Assembly (NCBI GenBank): GCA_964480705.1
Contig: CAYZPC010000002.1
Span: 22,254-86,253 of the forward strand
Origin: an uncultured archaeon
GTDB lineage: Archaea > Iainarchaeota > Iainarchaeia > Iainarchaeales > VGJJ01
Length of the DNA: 64,000 nucleotides
Reading direction: 5' to 3'
Part shown: in pieces, positions 1 to 9,365 of the stretch
Layout: each line of letters opens with the position of its first letter
How positions within the stretch are numbered: the stretch's first letter is position 1
The notes under the pieces: generated by a model
The model's database searches: none
Seen by the model: the letters and a program-made list of their open reading frames with translations, nothing else
Told to the model about the DNA's origin: nothing
Made by a program: the position numbers and the translations under genes

Positions 1-1
1 G

Positions 2-127
2 CGCATGGAACAATTGAGTAAAGATGTTGTTGAAACGAAGGCATTGGCGTTGGCCTTGCAATCTTTGTTGCAGAAAATTTTGGAGACGAATCAGCAATTG
101 TTGTTCGAGATGAAGAACAAGAAGTGA
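2..127 (+). CDS. 3' end of hypothetical coiled-coil protein (partial, runs off window start)
   Basis: Open frame RMEQLSKDVVETKALALALQSLLQKILETNQQLLFEMKNKK ending in TGA at 125-127; heptad-like leucines. Confidence 0.5.
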   Translation, partial: RMEQLSKDVVETKALALALQSLLQKILETNQQLLFEMKNKK

Positions 128-130
128 TTG

Positions 131-634
131 ATGATGCCTCAGCCAAAACGCGTGAGAGTTTTTTCAAGAACTCCAACCAATGGAGTGGCAGTGGACAAAG
201 TGATTTATGAAGGCCCTGAAAGAAGAAAAGTTTCCGCGCAAAATGTTTGGTCGGGTCGCCGTTCGGCTAGTGGATGGAGGAAAATGAAATTAAGCGATGT
301 AGAGCGCTATCTTCCTGAGGCGGCAAAACAGCAAGCTGAAAAATCAGCTAAACAAATTAATGAAATTGTTGAAAAGTTGAAAAGCCGACACGGGACAAAC
401 ACTGGTAAAATTACGGGAGAATTAATTAGGAGAGTGGGCCAGAGTAATGTTGCCAAAGATGGAGATATTTTTGTCGGAATTTACGTGGGAAAAGGAGGAG
501 CTGTTCTTGCCAATTCGGCCCCAATGTTTTTTTCAATTGTTTACAATCCATTCATAAATAAGTTTTTTTTTCAAACCACGCGGCGAAGAAATGGTTTTCA
601 CACGGAAGAAATTCACCGCGCGCATGAAGGGTAA
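131..634 (+). CDS. hypothetical basic protein
   Basis: About 167-aa ORF directly after the previous stop; no recognisable motif; abuts convergent gene at 635. Confidence 0.55.
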   Translation: MMPQPKRVRVFSRTPTNGVAVDKVIYEGPERRKVSAQNVWSGRRSASGWRKMKLSDVERYLPEAAKQQAEKSAKQINEIVEKLKSRHGTNTGKITGELIRRVGQSNVAKDGDIFVGIYVGKGGAVLANSAPMFFSIVYNPFINKFFFQTTRRRNGFHTEEIHRAHEG

Positions 635-1048
635 TTATTTGCTGAACAGTTTTCCCAAACCATCGAGTATTTTGTTGGCGGTGTCGCTCAAGAATATTCC
701 AACATTTTTTTCTTTGGGTTTCCACACAAAGTTTGCGGCATCCGCGTATGATTTTGCTTTCGCGGGAACCATTGCTTCGTTTACTTTTTCCATCGCGGCT
801 TTTCCAACGGAATCATAAAATTTAGCGGGATATTTTCCGGTGACTTTTTCGGCTTCTCCTAATTCTCCGGCGTAAATATCCTTTGTTTTTTTCACCGCGC
901 CCTTAATTCCGCGTGACGTGGAGCGTGCGACGAATGCAAATGAGTACGCGAGCAGAGTGAGTGCGGCGAGAATAATCCAAAACACTTGGCCCGTGTTAAA
1001 TAGGATGAATATGAACACGAGCAAAATGACTAATGTAACGGGGCGCAT
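635..1048 (-). CDS. hypothetical membrane protein (2 N-terminal TM, soluble C-terminus)
   Basis: Two hydrophobic N-terminal segments; amphipathic C-terminus KILDGLGKLFSK; abuts upstream gene. Confidence 0.75.
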   Translation of the reverse strand: MRPVTLVILLVFIFILFNTGQVFWIILAALTLLAYSFAFVARSTSRGIKGAVKKTKDIYAGELGEAEKVTGKYPAKFYDSVGKAAMEKVNEAMVPAKAKSYADAANFVWKPKEKNVGIFLSDTANKILDGLGKLFSK

Positions 1049-1399
1049 TCAATATCCCCCCATTCCACCCATGCCGCCCATTCCTCCGCCGGGTCCACCG
1101 AGTCCTTGCAGCGCGGCCATCATATCAGGGCTCATTCCCCCGGGTTGTTCTTCCGAGGGTTTGACTCCAATGAAGTAGGCAAGTGCGGTGAGTGCGATGG
1201 CAATATACAACACTTCTCCCTGCAGGTCGCTTCCCATGATGAAAAACACGACCCCTGTAACCAGTGTGAGTAAAATTCCCGATACGGAGCGTAAGCTAAT
1301 CAGGAGAAAAATAATGACGGCGAGTGCGGCCCAGAGTATTTGGTATTGCACCGCGAACGCGAGCATGAAAATGGCAACCAAATAGGTGAATGTGTCCAT
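1049..1399 (-). CDS. hypothetical membrane protein with Gly/Met-rich tail
   Basis: About 4 hydrophobic segments, then a GGMGGMGGMGGY tail. Confidence 0.75.
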   Translation of the reverse strand: MDTFTYLVAIFMLAFAVQYQILWAALAVIIFLLISLRSVSGILLTLVTGVVFFIMGSDLQGEVLYIAIALTALAYFIGVKPSEEQPGGMSPDMMAALQGLGGPGGGMGGMGGMGGY

Positions 1400-1421
1400 G
1401 CGTGCATCTTTTCGTCAACAA

Positions 1422-1667
1422 TTACTTGTCGAACGCTCCAATTTTTTGAAAAATATCCTTTCCGAATGTGGCGAACGCCCACAATCCCACGAGTGCCCAT
1501 ACGAGTTCGGGAAACTGGTAGAATGTCAAAAACATAATCACAATCGCCGTGACGAGTGCGAGCTTTGCACTGCCCACATTTCCTTTAGCCCAGTTGTATA
1601 TCCAAATGAAAATGAAGATAGTCACCGCTAAGTGAATGTTTTCCCACAATGCATTGTAGAGGAGCAT
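1422..1667 (-). CDS. small hypothetical membrane protein
   Basis: 81 aa with 2-3 TM segments; TATA-like CTTAAATA about 27 nt upstream. Confidence 0.7.
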   Translation of the reverse strand: MLLYNALWENIHLAVTIFIFIWIYNWAKGNVGSAKLALVTAIVIMFLTFYQFPELVWALVGLWAFATFGKDIFQKIGAFDK

Positions 1668-1765
1668 ACGCAGTATTTCGAACCAGAACCCCTATTTAAG
1701 GGACGCGTTCGCGGGGTGAAATAGTTTGTGCCAAAATAGCCATTCACGCGTTATGGGTTTGCGTA

Positions 1766-3340
1766 TTACTGATCATACACTCGTCCGAGGATTTTTTGCT
1801 GGTGTCTAAACCATGCGTCCTTGGATAGTGCATTTCCCGTGGGAGTGGGGTATTTTCCATTTAGGCAGGCCATGCAGAGCTGCGTGTTTGGCAGACGGAG
1901 CGCGCGAATCAAACCATCCATGCTTTGGTAGCGCAGCGAGTCGGTGCCCAATTCGTTGGAAATGCGCGCGGTTTCTTCATCATTTAGAGTGATGCGCGTG
2001 CGTTCATCGTGTTGGGCAGCGTGTTTGGCAGCGATGAGTTCTCCAAACGTCGTCATGTCAATGCCATAAAAGCACGGGTTGAGAATGGGCGGGCAAGAGA
2101 TGCGTGCGTGCACGCTCAATGCGTTTCCTTCTTCTTTGAGTTTAAGCACGAGTTCGCGCAGGGTGCTTCCTCTCACCACCGAGTCTTCGACTAAAATAAC
2201 ATTTTTTCCATCGATGGCGCTTTTATTTATAGTAAATTTTTCTTTTACTTTGTCCTGCCACTTTCCTCCTTCAATGAATGTTCGTCCAACATACCGGTTG
2301 CGCAGCAGTCCTTCTTTGGCAGGAATTTGGAGTGTGAATGCATACGCGTCCGCGGCGGGTTTGCTCGTGTCGGGGACATTCACCACGACAAAATCGCTTG
2401 CACGGGTTGAGAGTGTTTCCGCGCGCGCCAATTCTTCTCCCAACCTCCAGCGAACATCATACACGTTGCTTCCCTGAATGACGCTTCCGGCGGATGCAAA
2501 ATACACCCATTCGAACATGCAGTGGGAAATGGTTTGCGTCGATGCGGCAAATCGTGAACGAATGAGTTTGTTTTCATGCACGCGAATCATTTCGCCCGGA
2601 TTCATATCTTTGATGCCGCTTTTGACAAAGGGATGGATGGCCACGCTCTCACTCGCGGCGAGGAAAAAATCATCCGTGTCCACGTAAACCAGCGGCTTGA
2701 ATCCGTGTTTGTCGCGCACGACACATAATTCTCCTTTCGCGTTGAGGAAAGTAATATTGTATGCGCCGTCCGCTTGCTGCGCGAGCCCTGCGAAGGCATT
2801 TTCTAATGAGTTGGGGGAGTCCGTTCCAAGATAGTGTGCGATGGTGTGCATCAGCACTTCTGTGTCCGTGTTTGATTTGAAGTGGTAATCTTTTGTTTTC
2901 AAATCCACTCGAATGTCCGGCGCATTCGCCACGTTTCCATTGAATGCAAATGCGAACCATTTCCATAATCGCGAGTGCACGCGTTCATAGGGTTGCGCGT
3001 CCTCACAACCGACGGTGCCACTCGTGGCATAGCGTGTGTGTCCGATTCCAATTCTTCCCGAGTGCGTGTCGAATAATTTTTGGGCTTTTTCTTCATCGCT
3101 GAGTTGAAAAACTTCATTCACGAGGCCGTTGGCTTTGTATGTTTTCAGACGCTCTGATTGAGCGTCATCAAAAATAGTAAATCCCGCAGAGAGTTGTCCG
3201 CGGTGCTGCAACTGAAGGAGCATTTTTTGGAGAAAAAAGAGTGCGCCTCCTTTGGGGTAGTGGGAGAGGTCTTTTTTCAAATACACGGCAGCCACGCCGC
3301 ATTCTTCTTTTGGTTTGTCGGAAAGAATGGGGAGTGCCAT
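1766..3340 (-). CDS. purF: amidophosphoribosyltransferase (propeptide / Fe-S type)
   Basis: Propeptide followed by EECG catalytic Cys; QHRGQ, GHTRYAT, NG, CMFEWVYF, PRPP loop EDSVVRGST, PCFYGID, CMAC. Confidence 0.97.
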   Translation of the reverse strand: MALPILSDKPKEECGVAAVYLKKDLSHYPKGGALFFLQKMLLQLQHRGQLSAGFTIFDDAQSERLKTYKANGLVNEVFQLSDEEKAQKLFDTHSGRIGIGHTRYATSGTVGCEDAQPYERVHSRLWKWFAFAFNGNVANAPDIRVDLKTKDYHFKSNTDTEVLMHTIAHYLGTDSPNSLENAFAGLAQQADGAYNITFLNAKGELCVVRDKHGFKPLVYVDTDDFFLAASESVAIHPFVKSGIKDMNPGEMIRVHENKLIRSRFAASTQTISHCMFEWVYFASAGSVIQGSNVYDVRWRLGEELARAETLSTRASDFVVVNVPDTSKPAADAYAFTLQIPAKEGLLRNRYVGRTFIEGGKWQDKVKEKFTINKSAIDGKNVILVEDSVVRGSTLRELVLKLKEEGNALSVHARISCPPILNPCFYGIDMTTFGELIAAKHAAQHDERTRITLNDEETARISNELGTDSLRYQSMDGLIRALRLPNTQLCMACLNGKYPTPTGNALSKDAWFRHQQKILGRVYDQ

Positions 3341-3425
3341 ACCCTATGACAGTCTCGTGGATACTTAATCGTTGCTTCCGCGGTAAAATAAAGTAAAAAA
3401 AAGAGAAATAATGGGAGCGGGGCGA

Positions 3426-4163
3426 TTAGTTTCGTTCGCCGCCGCCGAGTCCGGCCGCTTCTTCTAATCGGTTGCGTCGGCCGCGGAACTCTCTGCGTTT
3501 GCGTTTTTGTCCTTGGTCTTCGGATTCTCCGTCTTTTAACGGATATTCGAATTCTTCCAGGGTTTTAGGAAATGCTTCGTCATTGGGAATGTTTCCCGTG
3601 ACTTTCAAATATTCTTTGGCGAGCAACCAATAGACTAATGCTAATGATTTTCGTCCCTTGTTGTTGATGGGGATGGCAATGTCGATGTTGGCCAACGAGT
3701 TGTTAGTAGAGGCGAGGGCCACGACCACGGCTTTGGCGCGTGCGGCTTCAGCGATGGCTTGGGCATCGGATTCAGGTTCGGTAATGATAACTACTTTCGG
3801 CTGGATGAATTCTTTTCCTTGAGGGTTGGTGAATGTTCCAGGAACGAATCGTCCGGTGAGTGAGAGTGCTCCAATGGCTTTGGCGAATTCTTCCGCGGGT
3901 GTTTTTCCGTACACTTTTCGGGAGACAATCACAATGGATTTGGGTGAATATTTGGACAAAAATTGGGCAACTTGTTTCACGCGTTCGTCAATGACTTGGA
4001 CGTCTAAGACTTTCAATCCGTCTTTGCGCTGCTTGTAAATGTATCGCGCCATGTCTCCTGATTTGAAGCGTGTTCCGATGTGCGCTCCCGTGGTGAGATA
4101 TTTTTCAATCACTGGATTGGTGGCAACCACTTGTTGTGTGTTTTCGTCGGTTTTTTCACTCAT
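3426..4163 (-). CDS. rps2: 30S ribosomal protein uS2
   Basis: GAHIGT, GRFVPGTFTNP, PINNKGRKSL motifs; charged C-terminal extension. Confidence 0.98.
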   Translation of the reverse strand: MSEKTDENTQQVVATNPVIEKYLTTGAHIGTRFKSGDMARYIYKQRKDGLKVLDVQVIDERVKQVAQFLSKYSPKSIVIVSRKVYGKTPAEEFAKAIGALSLTGRFVPGTFTNPQGKEFIQPKVVIITEPESDAQAIAEAARAKAVVVALASTNNSLANIDIAIPINNKGRKSLALVYWLLAKEYLKVTGNIPNDEAFPKTLEEFEYPLKDGESEDQGQKRKRREFRGRRNRLEEAAGLGGGERN

Positions 4164-4187
4164 ATTTTTCCCTCATTTTTTTCTTCG

Positions 4188-4382
4188 TTAAACGTTATAC
4201 TTTAGCACGTCGTCCATGACATCCACGTGTGCGAGGAGCATGCGTCGGCAGCAATAGCGCGTGATTCCCAATGTTTGGAAGATTTCGTCCATTTTTTCCC
4301 CTTTCTTTAATCGATTTTTCATCTCTTCGTAGTGGCCCGCAATGGGTTTTCCGCATGAAAAGCATCGGACAGGGATTATCAT
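4188..4382 (-). CDS. rpoN: RNA polymerase subunit Rpo10 (N)
   Basis: MIIPVRCFSCGK...RYCCRRM zinc motif. Confidence 0.98.
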   Translation of the reverse strand: MIIPVRCFSCGKPIAGHYEEMKNRLKKGEKMDEIFQTLGITRYCCRRMLLAHVDVMDDVLKYNV

Positions 4383-4408
4383 GGTTGTTTTCCTCCGTTT
4401 TCTCCAGG

Positions 4409-4825
4409 TTATCGTTTCGAGTGCTGCTTTCGCTTACGCGCTTTGGGTCCCAAGGGTTTCTTTGGTTCCACGCGCCGGGGGTCATCCACCAACAGCATTC
4501 GATCGTATTCAATGTATCGTTTGCGCAATTTTTCGTCTCCGGTAAATTCGACGAGAGACTTGGCAATAGCCCCGCGCGCAGCGATGGCTTGTGACATGGC
4601 TCCGGATCCGGCAACATTCACAGAGATGTTGACTCCCTGCGCGGCGTCTCCCGCAAGGTGGATGGGTTCCATCATTAATGCTTTCAGTTGAGCGGGCTCA
4701 ATGAGGTTGATGTTGCGTGAGTTAATGCGCACCACTCCTTTTCCCACGCGAATCGTGGCTTGGGCGGTGGCCTCTTTCTTTTTGGCTTTGAATAGGGTTT
4801 GTTTCTTTCGTTTGGCCATAATCAT
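4409..4825 (-). CDS. rps9: 30S ribosomal protein uS9
   Basis: YDRMLLVDDPRRVEPKKPLGPKARKRKQ; alternative start at 4819. Confidence 0.97.
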   Translation of the reverse strand: MIMAKRKKQTLFKAKKKEATAQATIRVGKGVVRINSRNINLIEPAQLKALMMEPIHLAGDAAQGVNISVNVAGSGAMSQAIAARGAIAKSLVEFTGDEKLRKRYIEYDRMLLVDDPRRVEPKKPLGPKARKRKQHSKR

Positions 4826-5316
4826 TACTCCTTGATCTCATTGTATCCTAATGCGCGGGCGAGGGATAACACGGTAGTAACGCCCTTTGTTTTGGAGTTT
4901 TTGGCTTCTTCGAGTGCTTTGAAGGGTTTTCCTTCTAACACAGCGGGCTTTCCAATATACACTCGCAAGCGGCGCATGGCTTCTACTCCGCGTTCGCGGC
5001 GGTGGGGAACCATTCCTTCAATAATTTCTCGCACGATGCGATCGGGCATTCGTGAGAAGCGGGGTCCTGTTTCAGGGTTTCCGCGTGGGCGTAAATCTAA
5101 GCGTGTCTGCCAAAGTTTTTGGAGAACGACGGGGTTTCCGGTGAACACGGCTTTTTCGGCGTGGGCAATCACAACGGTTTCTCCGAGCAATAATTTTTCA
5201 GCCACGAGACTGGCCATGCGTCCAACGATTAAGTTGTTGGCGTCCACGTAAATGGTTTCGCGCGCAGTCATTTTAGCGGGAGTTGTTTTTTTGGAAGGTT
5301 TTTTGGTCGTTGACAT
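4825..5316 (-). CDS. rpl13: 50S ribosomal protein uL13
   Basis: VDANNLIVGRMAS, GPRFSRMPDRIV, GMVPH; start moved to ATG 5316 (GGTGA upstream; avoids overlap with eL18). Confidence 0.96.
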   Translation of the reverse strand: MSTTKKPSKKTTPAKMTARETIYVDANNLIVGRMASLVAEKLLLGETVVIAHAEKAVFTGNPVVLQKLWQTRLDLRPRGNPETGPRFSRMPDRIVREIIEGMVPHRRERGVEAMRRLRVYIGKPAVLEGKPFKALEEAKNSKTKGVTTVLSLARALGYNEIKE

Positions 5317-5318
5317 AT

Positions 5319-5687
5319 TTATTTCACCAGAATCATTTTGTTGGCAGGCACGTTGTGCTTGACGAGGTCTTCTAATGTCCATGCTTTTCCTTTCGCTGCT
5401 TCAATTTTTTGTTTAGCGGTTTGGGAAAATGCGAAGGCGGCGATGTGCACGCTGGATGTGATTTCTCCGTTGGATAAAACTTTTCCGGGAACCACGAGGA
5501 CTTTGTCCTTGTAGGTTTCGCTCATCTTGTTTAAGTGTGACACGCTCACTTGAGTCCGTTCACGGGTGGACATTCCCATCATGTCAGAGAGCAAGCGGTA
5601 AACGTCTTGTTTGCTTGACTTTCCATATTTGTCTAATTGCACGACGAGGTCGCGTGTTCGGGTGTTGGTGGGTCCGGTTCGTTTCAT
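5319..5687 (-). CDS. rpl18e: 50S ribosomal protein eL18
   Basis: MKRTGPTN, VVPGKVL, AFAFSQTAKQKI; canonical position. Confidence 0.96.
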   Translation of the reverse strand: MKRTGPTNTRTRDLVVQLDKYGKSSKQDVYRLLSDMMGMSTRERTQVSVSHLNKMSETYKDKVLVVPGKVLSNGEITSSVHIAAFAFSQTAKQKIEAAKGKAWTLEDLVKHNVPANKMILVK

Positions 5688-5757
5688 AATGATCAGTTTT
5701 GGCTTTTTGCGTTTTTTTGTTTTTTGTTTTCCCGTTTTTCTTTTTGACTGGGCGATT

Positions 5758-5787
5758 TTTTGATTGAACTTTTTTTGAAAAAGTTCA
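5758..5787 (-). repeat. short palindromic element, copy A
   Basis: TGAACTTTTT-CAA-AAAAAGTTCA-ATCAAAA on the minus strand, directly 3' of tRNA-Leu. Confidence 0.7.
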
Positions 5788-5871
5788 TGCAGGAGACAGG
5801 ATTCGAACCTGTGAAGGCACTAAGCCACGGGATCTTAAGTCCCGCCCCTTTGACCGCTCGGGAACTCCTGC
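5788..5871 (-). tRNA. tRNA-Leu (anticodon TAA)
   Basis: GCAGGAG/CTCCTGC acceptor stem; CGGGA-CTTAAGA-TCCCG anticodon arm; long variable arm; GTTCGAATC T-loop; discriminator A; no encoded CCA, no intron. Confidence 0.96.
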
Positions 5872-5928
5872 TGCTTTTTAGCAAAAGGGTTGCGATGCGA
5901 TTAAGAAGCCTCCTTTTTTACGCGTTTT

Positions 5929-6696
5929 TTAGAGCCCCTCCTTGATTTGTTCAGTAAATTCATCTGCTTTTTGTGCGATTATTTCGCATGCTTGGTGGAG
6001 GATTTCCTTAGTGGAGAGTGCGCCGGTGGATTCCATCATGAGGATGAATCCGGTGTCGTCGGCATCCACTTGGATGTTTTGGCTTCCTCCGATTTCTTCG
6101 CAGGCACCGCAGAGTGTACAATCCGCTTCTTGCGTGATGGAGAGTTTCTTTCCTTTTGTTTCAATGATTTTGACGGGGCAGCTGGCGACAATTTTTTGCA
6201 TCATTTCGGAGCTGATTTCATCATTAATCGTGAACACGGGCAGTGCTCTAAATCCAATCATGCAGGGTTGGAATTTGGCGTGGTCTTTTCCGGTTCCCAC
6301 CACAGCTTCTCCTTCAATTCGGATGCGTTGGTCGGCTTTAAGTTTTGTCAATGGAATTTTTTTGTCTAACACATCGACAACCGTGTCGTCGAATTTGATT
6401 TCGGAAGAGTAGATGGTTCCCGGTCCGGACACATCAATGGTGAACTTTGCTTTGTCTCCGAGTTTGAATCCTTTTGAATCCATTTTGATGGGGATGAGTC
6501 CCAATCGGTGTCCTAAGAATTCATCGAATAACACGCCATTGTTTTCGTAAATGCCCAATTCTTCTATTGCGAGGACGGGGACTTCGCTCATAGCCGTGCG
6601 TCGGATTGCATTGATGGTGGCGGTGGTCGTGCCTTTAATCAAAATGTGGGCGGTATTGCCCTTGTCTTGAAGCACTTTCACTGCATTTCGAGCCAT
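5929..6696 (-). CDS. rpoD: RNA polymerase subunit Rpo3 (D) with Fe-S domain
   Basis: NAIRR, DEFLGHRLGLIP, GKDHAKFQP, CP...CTLCGAC; start 6696 has GGAGG SD. Confidence 0.98.
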   Translation of the reverse strand: MARNAVKVLQDKGNTAHILIKGTTTATINAIRRTAMSEVPVLAIEELGIYENNGVLFDEFLGHRLGLIPIKMDSKGFKLGDKAKFTIDVSGPGTIYSSEIKFDDTVVDVLDKKIPLTKLKADQRIRIEGEAVVGTGKDHAKFQPCMIGFRALPVFTINDEISSEMMQKIVASCPVKIIETKGKKLSITQEADCTLCGACEEIGGSQNIQVDADDTGFILMMESTGALSTKEILHQACEIIAQKADEFTEQIKEGL

Positions 6697-6730
6697 GTGT
6701 GTTCCTCCTTTTTTCCTCATCTTTTTGATT

Positions 6731-6760
6731 TTTTGATCAAACTTTTTTCAAAAAAGTTTG
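6731..6760 (-). repeat. short palindromic element, copy B
   Basis: CAAACTTTTT-TGA-AAAAAGTTTG-ATCAAAA directly after the rps11 stop. Confidence 0.7.
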
Positions 6761-7156
6761 TTAGACTTTCTTACTCCGATGTTTCTTTTTCTTTCGTGTT
6801 CCATCGTGGGGCGTCGGTGTGACGTTTTCGATAGACACAATGCGAATTCCATTTCGTGTCAGGCTTCGAATCGCGGCTTCGGCACCTTGTCCGGGGTTTC
6901 GCGGTCGAATTCCACCTTTTGCGCGGACGCGGACGTGAACCATGGACACGCCTTTTTCGCGTGCCTTTTGGGCAATCGTTTCGGCGATTTTCATAGCCGC
7001 ATACGGACTTCCTTCTTTGTGTTGTGTTTTTACGACAACTCCACCGGAGCACTTGGCGAGTGTTTCTGCTCCCGTCAAGTCGGTGAGTAACATGATGGTG
7101 TTGTTGTGCGTCGCGAAAATGTGCACCAATCCTACTTTGGTATCTTTGTCAGCCAT
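6761..7156 (-). CDS. rps11: 30S ribosomal protein uS11
   Basis: NNTIM..TDLTGAET, SPYAAM, PGQGAEAAIR, TPTPHDG. Confidence 0.98.
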   Translation of the reverse strand: MADKDTKVGLVHIFATHNNTIMLLTDLTGAETLAKCSGGVVVKTQHKEGSPYAAMKIAETIAQKAREKGVSMVHVRVRAKGGIRPRNPGQGAEAAIRSLTRNGIRIVSIENVTPTPHDGTRKKKKHRSKKV

Positions 7157-7162
7157 GGTGAA

Positions 7163-7816
7163 TCACTTTCCCTCCGCTTGAGCTTCGCGAACAGCTTCGG
7201 CGGCATCGGGGGTTTCAGGGGCTTCGTCGGTTTCTCCGGCGAGTTTTCCTTCAGTTCCTGTTGGCTCGCCTCGCATTTCGGCGAAGTCTTTGGCGATTTG
7301 TTTGGTGTCTTTCAACTGTTGTTGAGGTGTTTTCAGCACCATGGGCTTTCCATGATAGGCAATGCTCGCTTCTTCGTCTTTCGTGACAAAGTAAGAGGGC
7401 ACGGTGACCTTTGTTCCATTCACGGAGATGTGTCCGTGCGTGATGAATTGTCGCGATTGTTTAATCGTGTTCGCGAGATTCTTGCGCCACACAATCGTTT
7501 GCAATCGTCTTTCGAGGAATGATTCTAAACTCAATGAGAGCACGTCTTGGAGCGTGGGCTTTCCGCGCATGACTCCTAATCGTACGAGTGAGTCGAGCAA
7601 TTCTTTTTCTTTTGCCGCGCGGTTTTCCAATGGAATAGCTAACACTTGCTTGGCGTTGCGTCGCTTTCCTCGGACAATGGCTTCCATACTTCGGATTTCG
7701 CGCTTGTTACGCAAACCATATGTCTCGCGGAGCGTCTTTTCAGTCTCTAAGAGCTTCTTATCCCAAGGCTTCTTGGGGGTTCCATATTTTTTTCGTGCGA
7801 ATTTTGGGTCACCCAT
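7163..7816 (-). CDS. rps4: 30S ribosomal protein uS4
   Basis: MGDPK, YGLRNKREI, LERRLQTIV, RQFITHGHI; acidic C-terminal extension. Confidence 0.98.
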   Translation of the reverse strand: MGDPKFARKKYGTPKKPWDKKLLETEKTLRETYGLRNKREIRSMEAIVRGKRRNAKQVLAIPLENRAAKEKELLDSLVRLGVMRGKPTLQDVLSLSLESFLERRLQTIVWRKNLANTIKQSRQFITHGHISVNGTKVTVPSYFVTKDEEASIAYHGKPMVLKTPQQQLKDTKQIAKDFAEMRGEPTGTEGKLAGETDEAPETPDAAEAVREAQAEGK

Positions 7817-7828
7817 AATTGTTCACCT

Positions 7829-8320
7829 TTACTTTTTGGCCTCTGCTTTGGGGGCAGGCTTTGCTTCGACTTTCTTTTCGACGCCGACTGTCTTTCCTTT
7901 GCTTCGTCCGGCCGTGCGTGTGCGTTGTCCTCGTACCGTGAGTCCGAGCGCGTGGCGCAATCCTTTGTATGATTTGAGTTTCTTCATCGTCTGCAAATCA
8001 TTTCGAATAGCAAAATCGAGATCGTTCATCACCATGTGAGTGGGTTTTCCATCCATGGCTTTGCTTCGGTTAGCCGTCCACGTGGGGAGTCCGTGTTTTT
8101 GGGGCGCGAGCACAATGGCTTCGAGTTGCGCATCCATGTTTTCGGGTAATTGTCCTAAGGGCAAATCGTACGCGATGTGGTGTTCTTTTTGGAATTGGTA
8201 CGCAATCATGCGTGCCATTCGGATTCCCACGCCTTTGATTCCTGTCAAAGCGCGATAGATGGGAATGCTTCCATTCAAGTCTTTGTTGGCAATACGAACA
8301 ATGTATCTTACTTCAGCCAT
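7829..8320 (-). CDS. rps13: 30S ribosomal protein uS13
   Basis: ALTGIKGVG, YKGLRHALGLTVRGQRTR. Confidence 0.98.
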   Translation of the reverse strand: MAEVRYIVRIANKDLNGSIPIYRALTGIKGVGIRMARMIAYQFQKEHHIAYDLPLGQLPENMDAQLEAIVLAPQKHGLPTWTANRSKAMDGKPTHMVMNDLDFAIRNDLQTMKKLKSYKGLRHALGLTVRGQRTRTAGRSKGKTVGVEKKVEAKPAPKAEAKK

Positions 8321-8322
8321 GT

Positions 8323-8556
8323 TTATTCACCCTTTCCTAATGCTTTTGTCAAGTCTGCGCGCGTGTAGCCGCTGGATAATGATACTGTTTCCGTTGTCGG
8401 GAGCAAGTGGTTCACGTTGCATTTTCCTTTTTTAGTGAAGATTCCTTCCACGATTGCAAATCCGTTTTTGGCGTTTTCGACGACGACTACTTTCTTTCCC
8501 GCGTCGCGGCCGGTTGTTTTGTAGCAAACTCTTCCTGTAGTAAAAATGGCTGCCAT
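8323..8556 (-). CDS. rpl14e: 50S ribosomal protein eL14
   Basis: GRVCYKTTGRDAGKKVVVV KOW motif; NVNHL.PT. Confidence 0.93.
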   Translation of the reverse strand: MAAIFTTGRVCYKTTGRDAGKKVVVVENAKNGFAIVEGIFTKKGKCNVNHLLPTTETVSLSSGYTRADLTKALGKGE

Positions 8557-8557
8557 G

Positions 8558-8896
8558 TTATTTCACCTGCTTCTCGATTTGAGCTAAATAGGGTCGAATA
8601 GAAATTTTGGTATCAACCATTTTTTTGACGCCGGCTTTGACTTTAGCCATTTCCACGACGAGCATTCGTTTGCACGTGTTACAAACAATTCCGCCCAACA
8701 TTCCTGTGGGTCTGCGTTGTGATTTTGCTTGTTTGGCCATGCGTGAGCGGTTGGCTCCGTGGGCTACTCCGTGCAGTACGCTTTTGCAGATAGCGCAGCG
8801 GAGTTTCTTGTGTTTCTTTCCTTTAGTCACCATGCGGGTGGCTTTAGCAGTTCGTCGGAAGCCGCGGAGTTTTCGTCGTTCGGATTTATTGGGCAT
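8558..8896 (-). CDS. rpl34e: 50S ribosomal protein eL34
   Basis: CAICK..LHGV, KSQRRP...GG.VCNTC; position after DUF106. Confidence 0.9.
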   Translation of the reverse strand: MPNKSERRKLRGFRRTAKATRMVTKGKKHKKLRCAICKSVLHGVAHGANRSRMAKQAKSQRRPTGMLGGIVCNTCKRMLVVEMAKVKAGVKKMVDTKISIRPYLAQIEKQVK

Positions 8897-9365
8897 TGTT
8901 CATCGTTCCTTGTTTTTTTTCATTTTTTTCATCATACATGTTCAGCACATGGTTCACAACCATTGAGATGAGGAAACTGCATAGCACGTAGAACCAGAAC
9001 CAATCTCCTTGCGCCCAAACTAAATTGAGCGGAAAAAAGAGGTTGACTTTTGTTCCATTGTATGCGCTTGAAACCAAACCAAATAATGGGAGAAACACCA
9101 CCATGTTGACTATCATCAACTTGGGCATGCTCTTCATTGTTTGCGTGGACAAATCCAACATTTCTTTTTGGACGCGTTCCACTTCATTTTTGTCGGCTTG
9201 GTCTCCTTTTTTCATCAACTCCTTGAATTCTGCGTTTTTGACCTTCATTGCTTTTTGAACGCGGCGCATTTCCTTTCGGTTTCCAAAAACCAATTGGACC
9301 ACTTGTGTAATGACCGCGAATGCCGCGGAAATCAGCACGAGTTGCATGGCCGGATTCTCAAACAT
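8886..9365 (-). CDS. DUF106 / EMC3-TMCO1 (Oxa1 superfamily) membrane protein
   Basis: TM1, coiled coil, TM2, then WFWFYVLCSF TM3; conserved position between secY and eL34. Confidence 0.88.
   Translation of the reverse strand: MFENPAMQLVLISAAFAVITQVVQLVFGNRKEMRRVQKAMKVKNAEFKELMKKGDQADKNEVERVQKEMLDLSTQTMKSMPKLMIVNMVVFLPLFGLVSSAYNGTKVNLFFPLNLVWAQGDWFWFYVLCSFLISMVVNHVLNMYDEKNEKKQGTMNNAQ

Noticed and set aside
5693..5884. 63-aa minus-strand ORF
   Set aside because: Overlaps tRNA-Leu and a low-complexity A-rich spacer; spurious
6090..6190. Fe-S cysteines in Rpo3
   Set aside because: Known variable feature of archaeal subunit D
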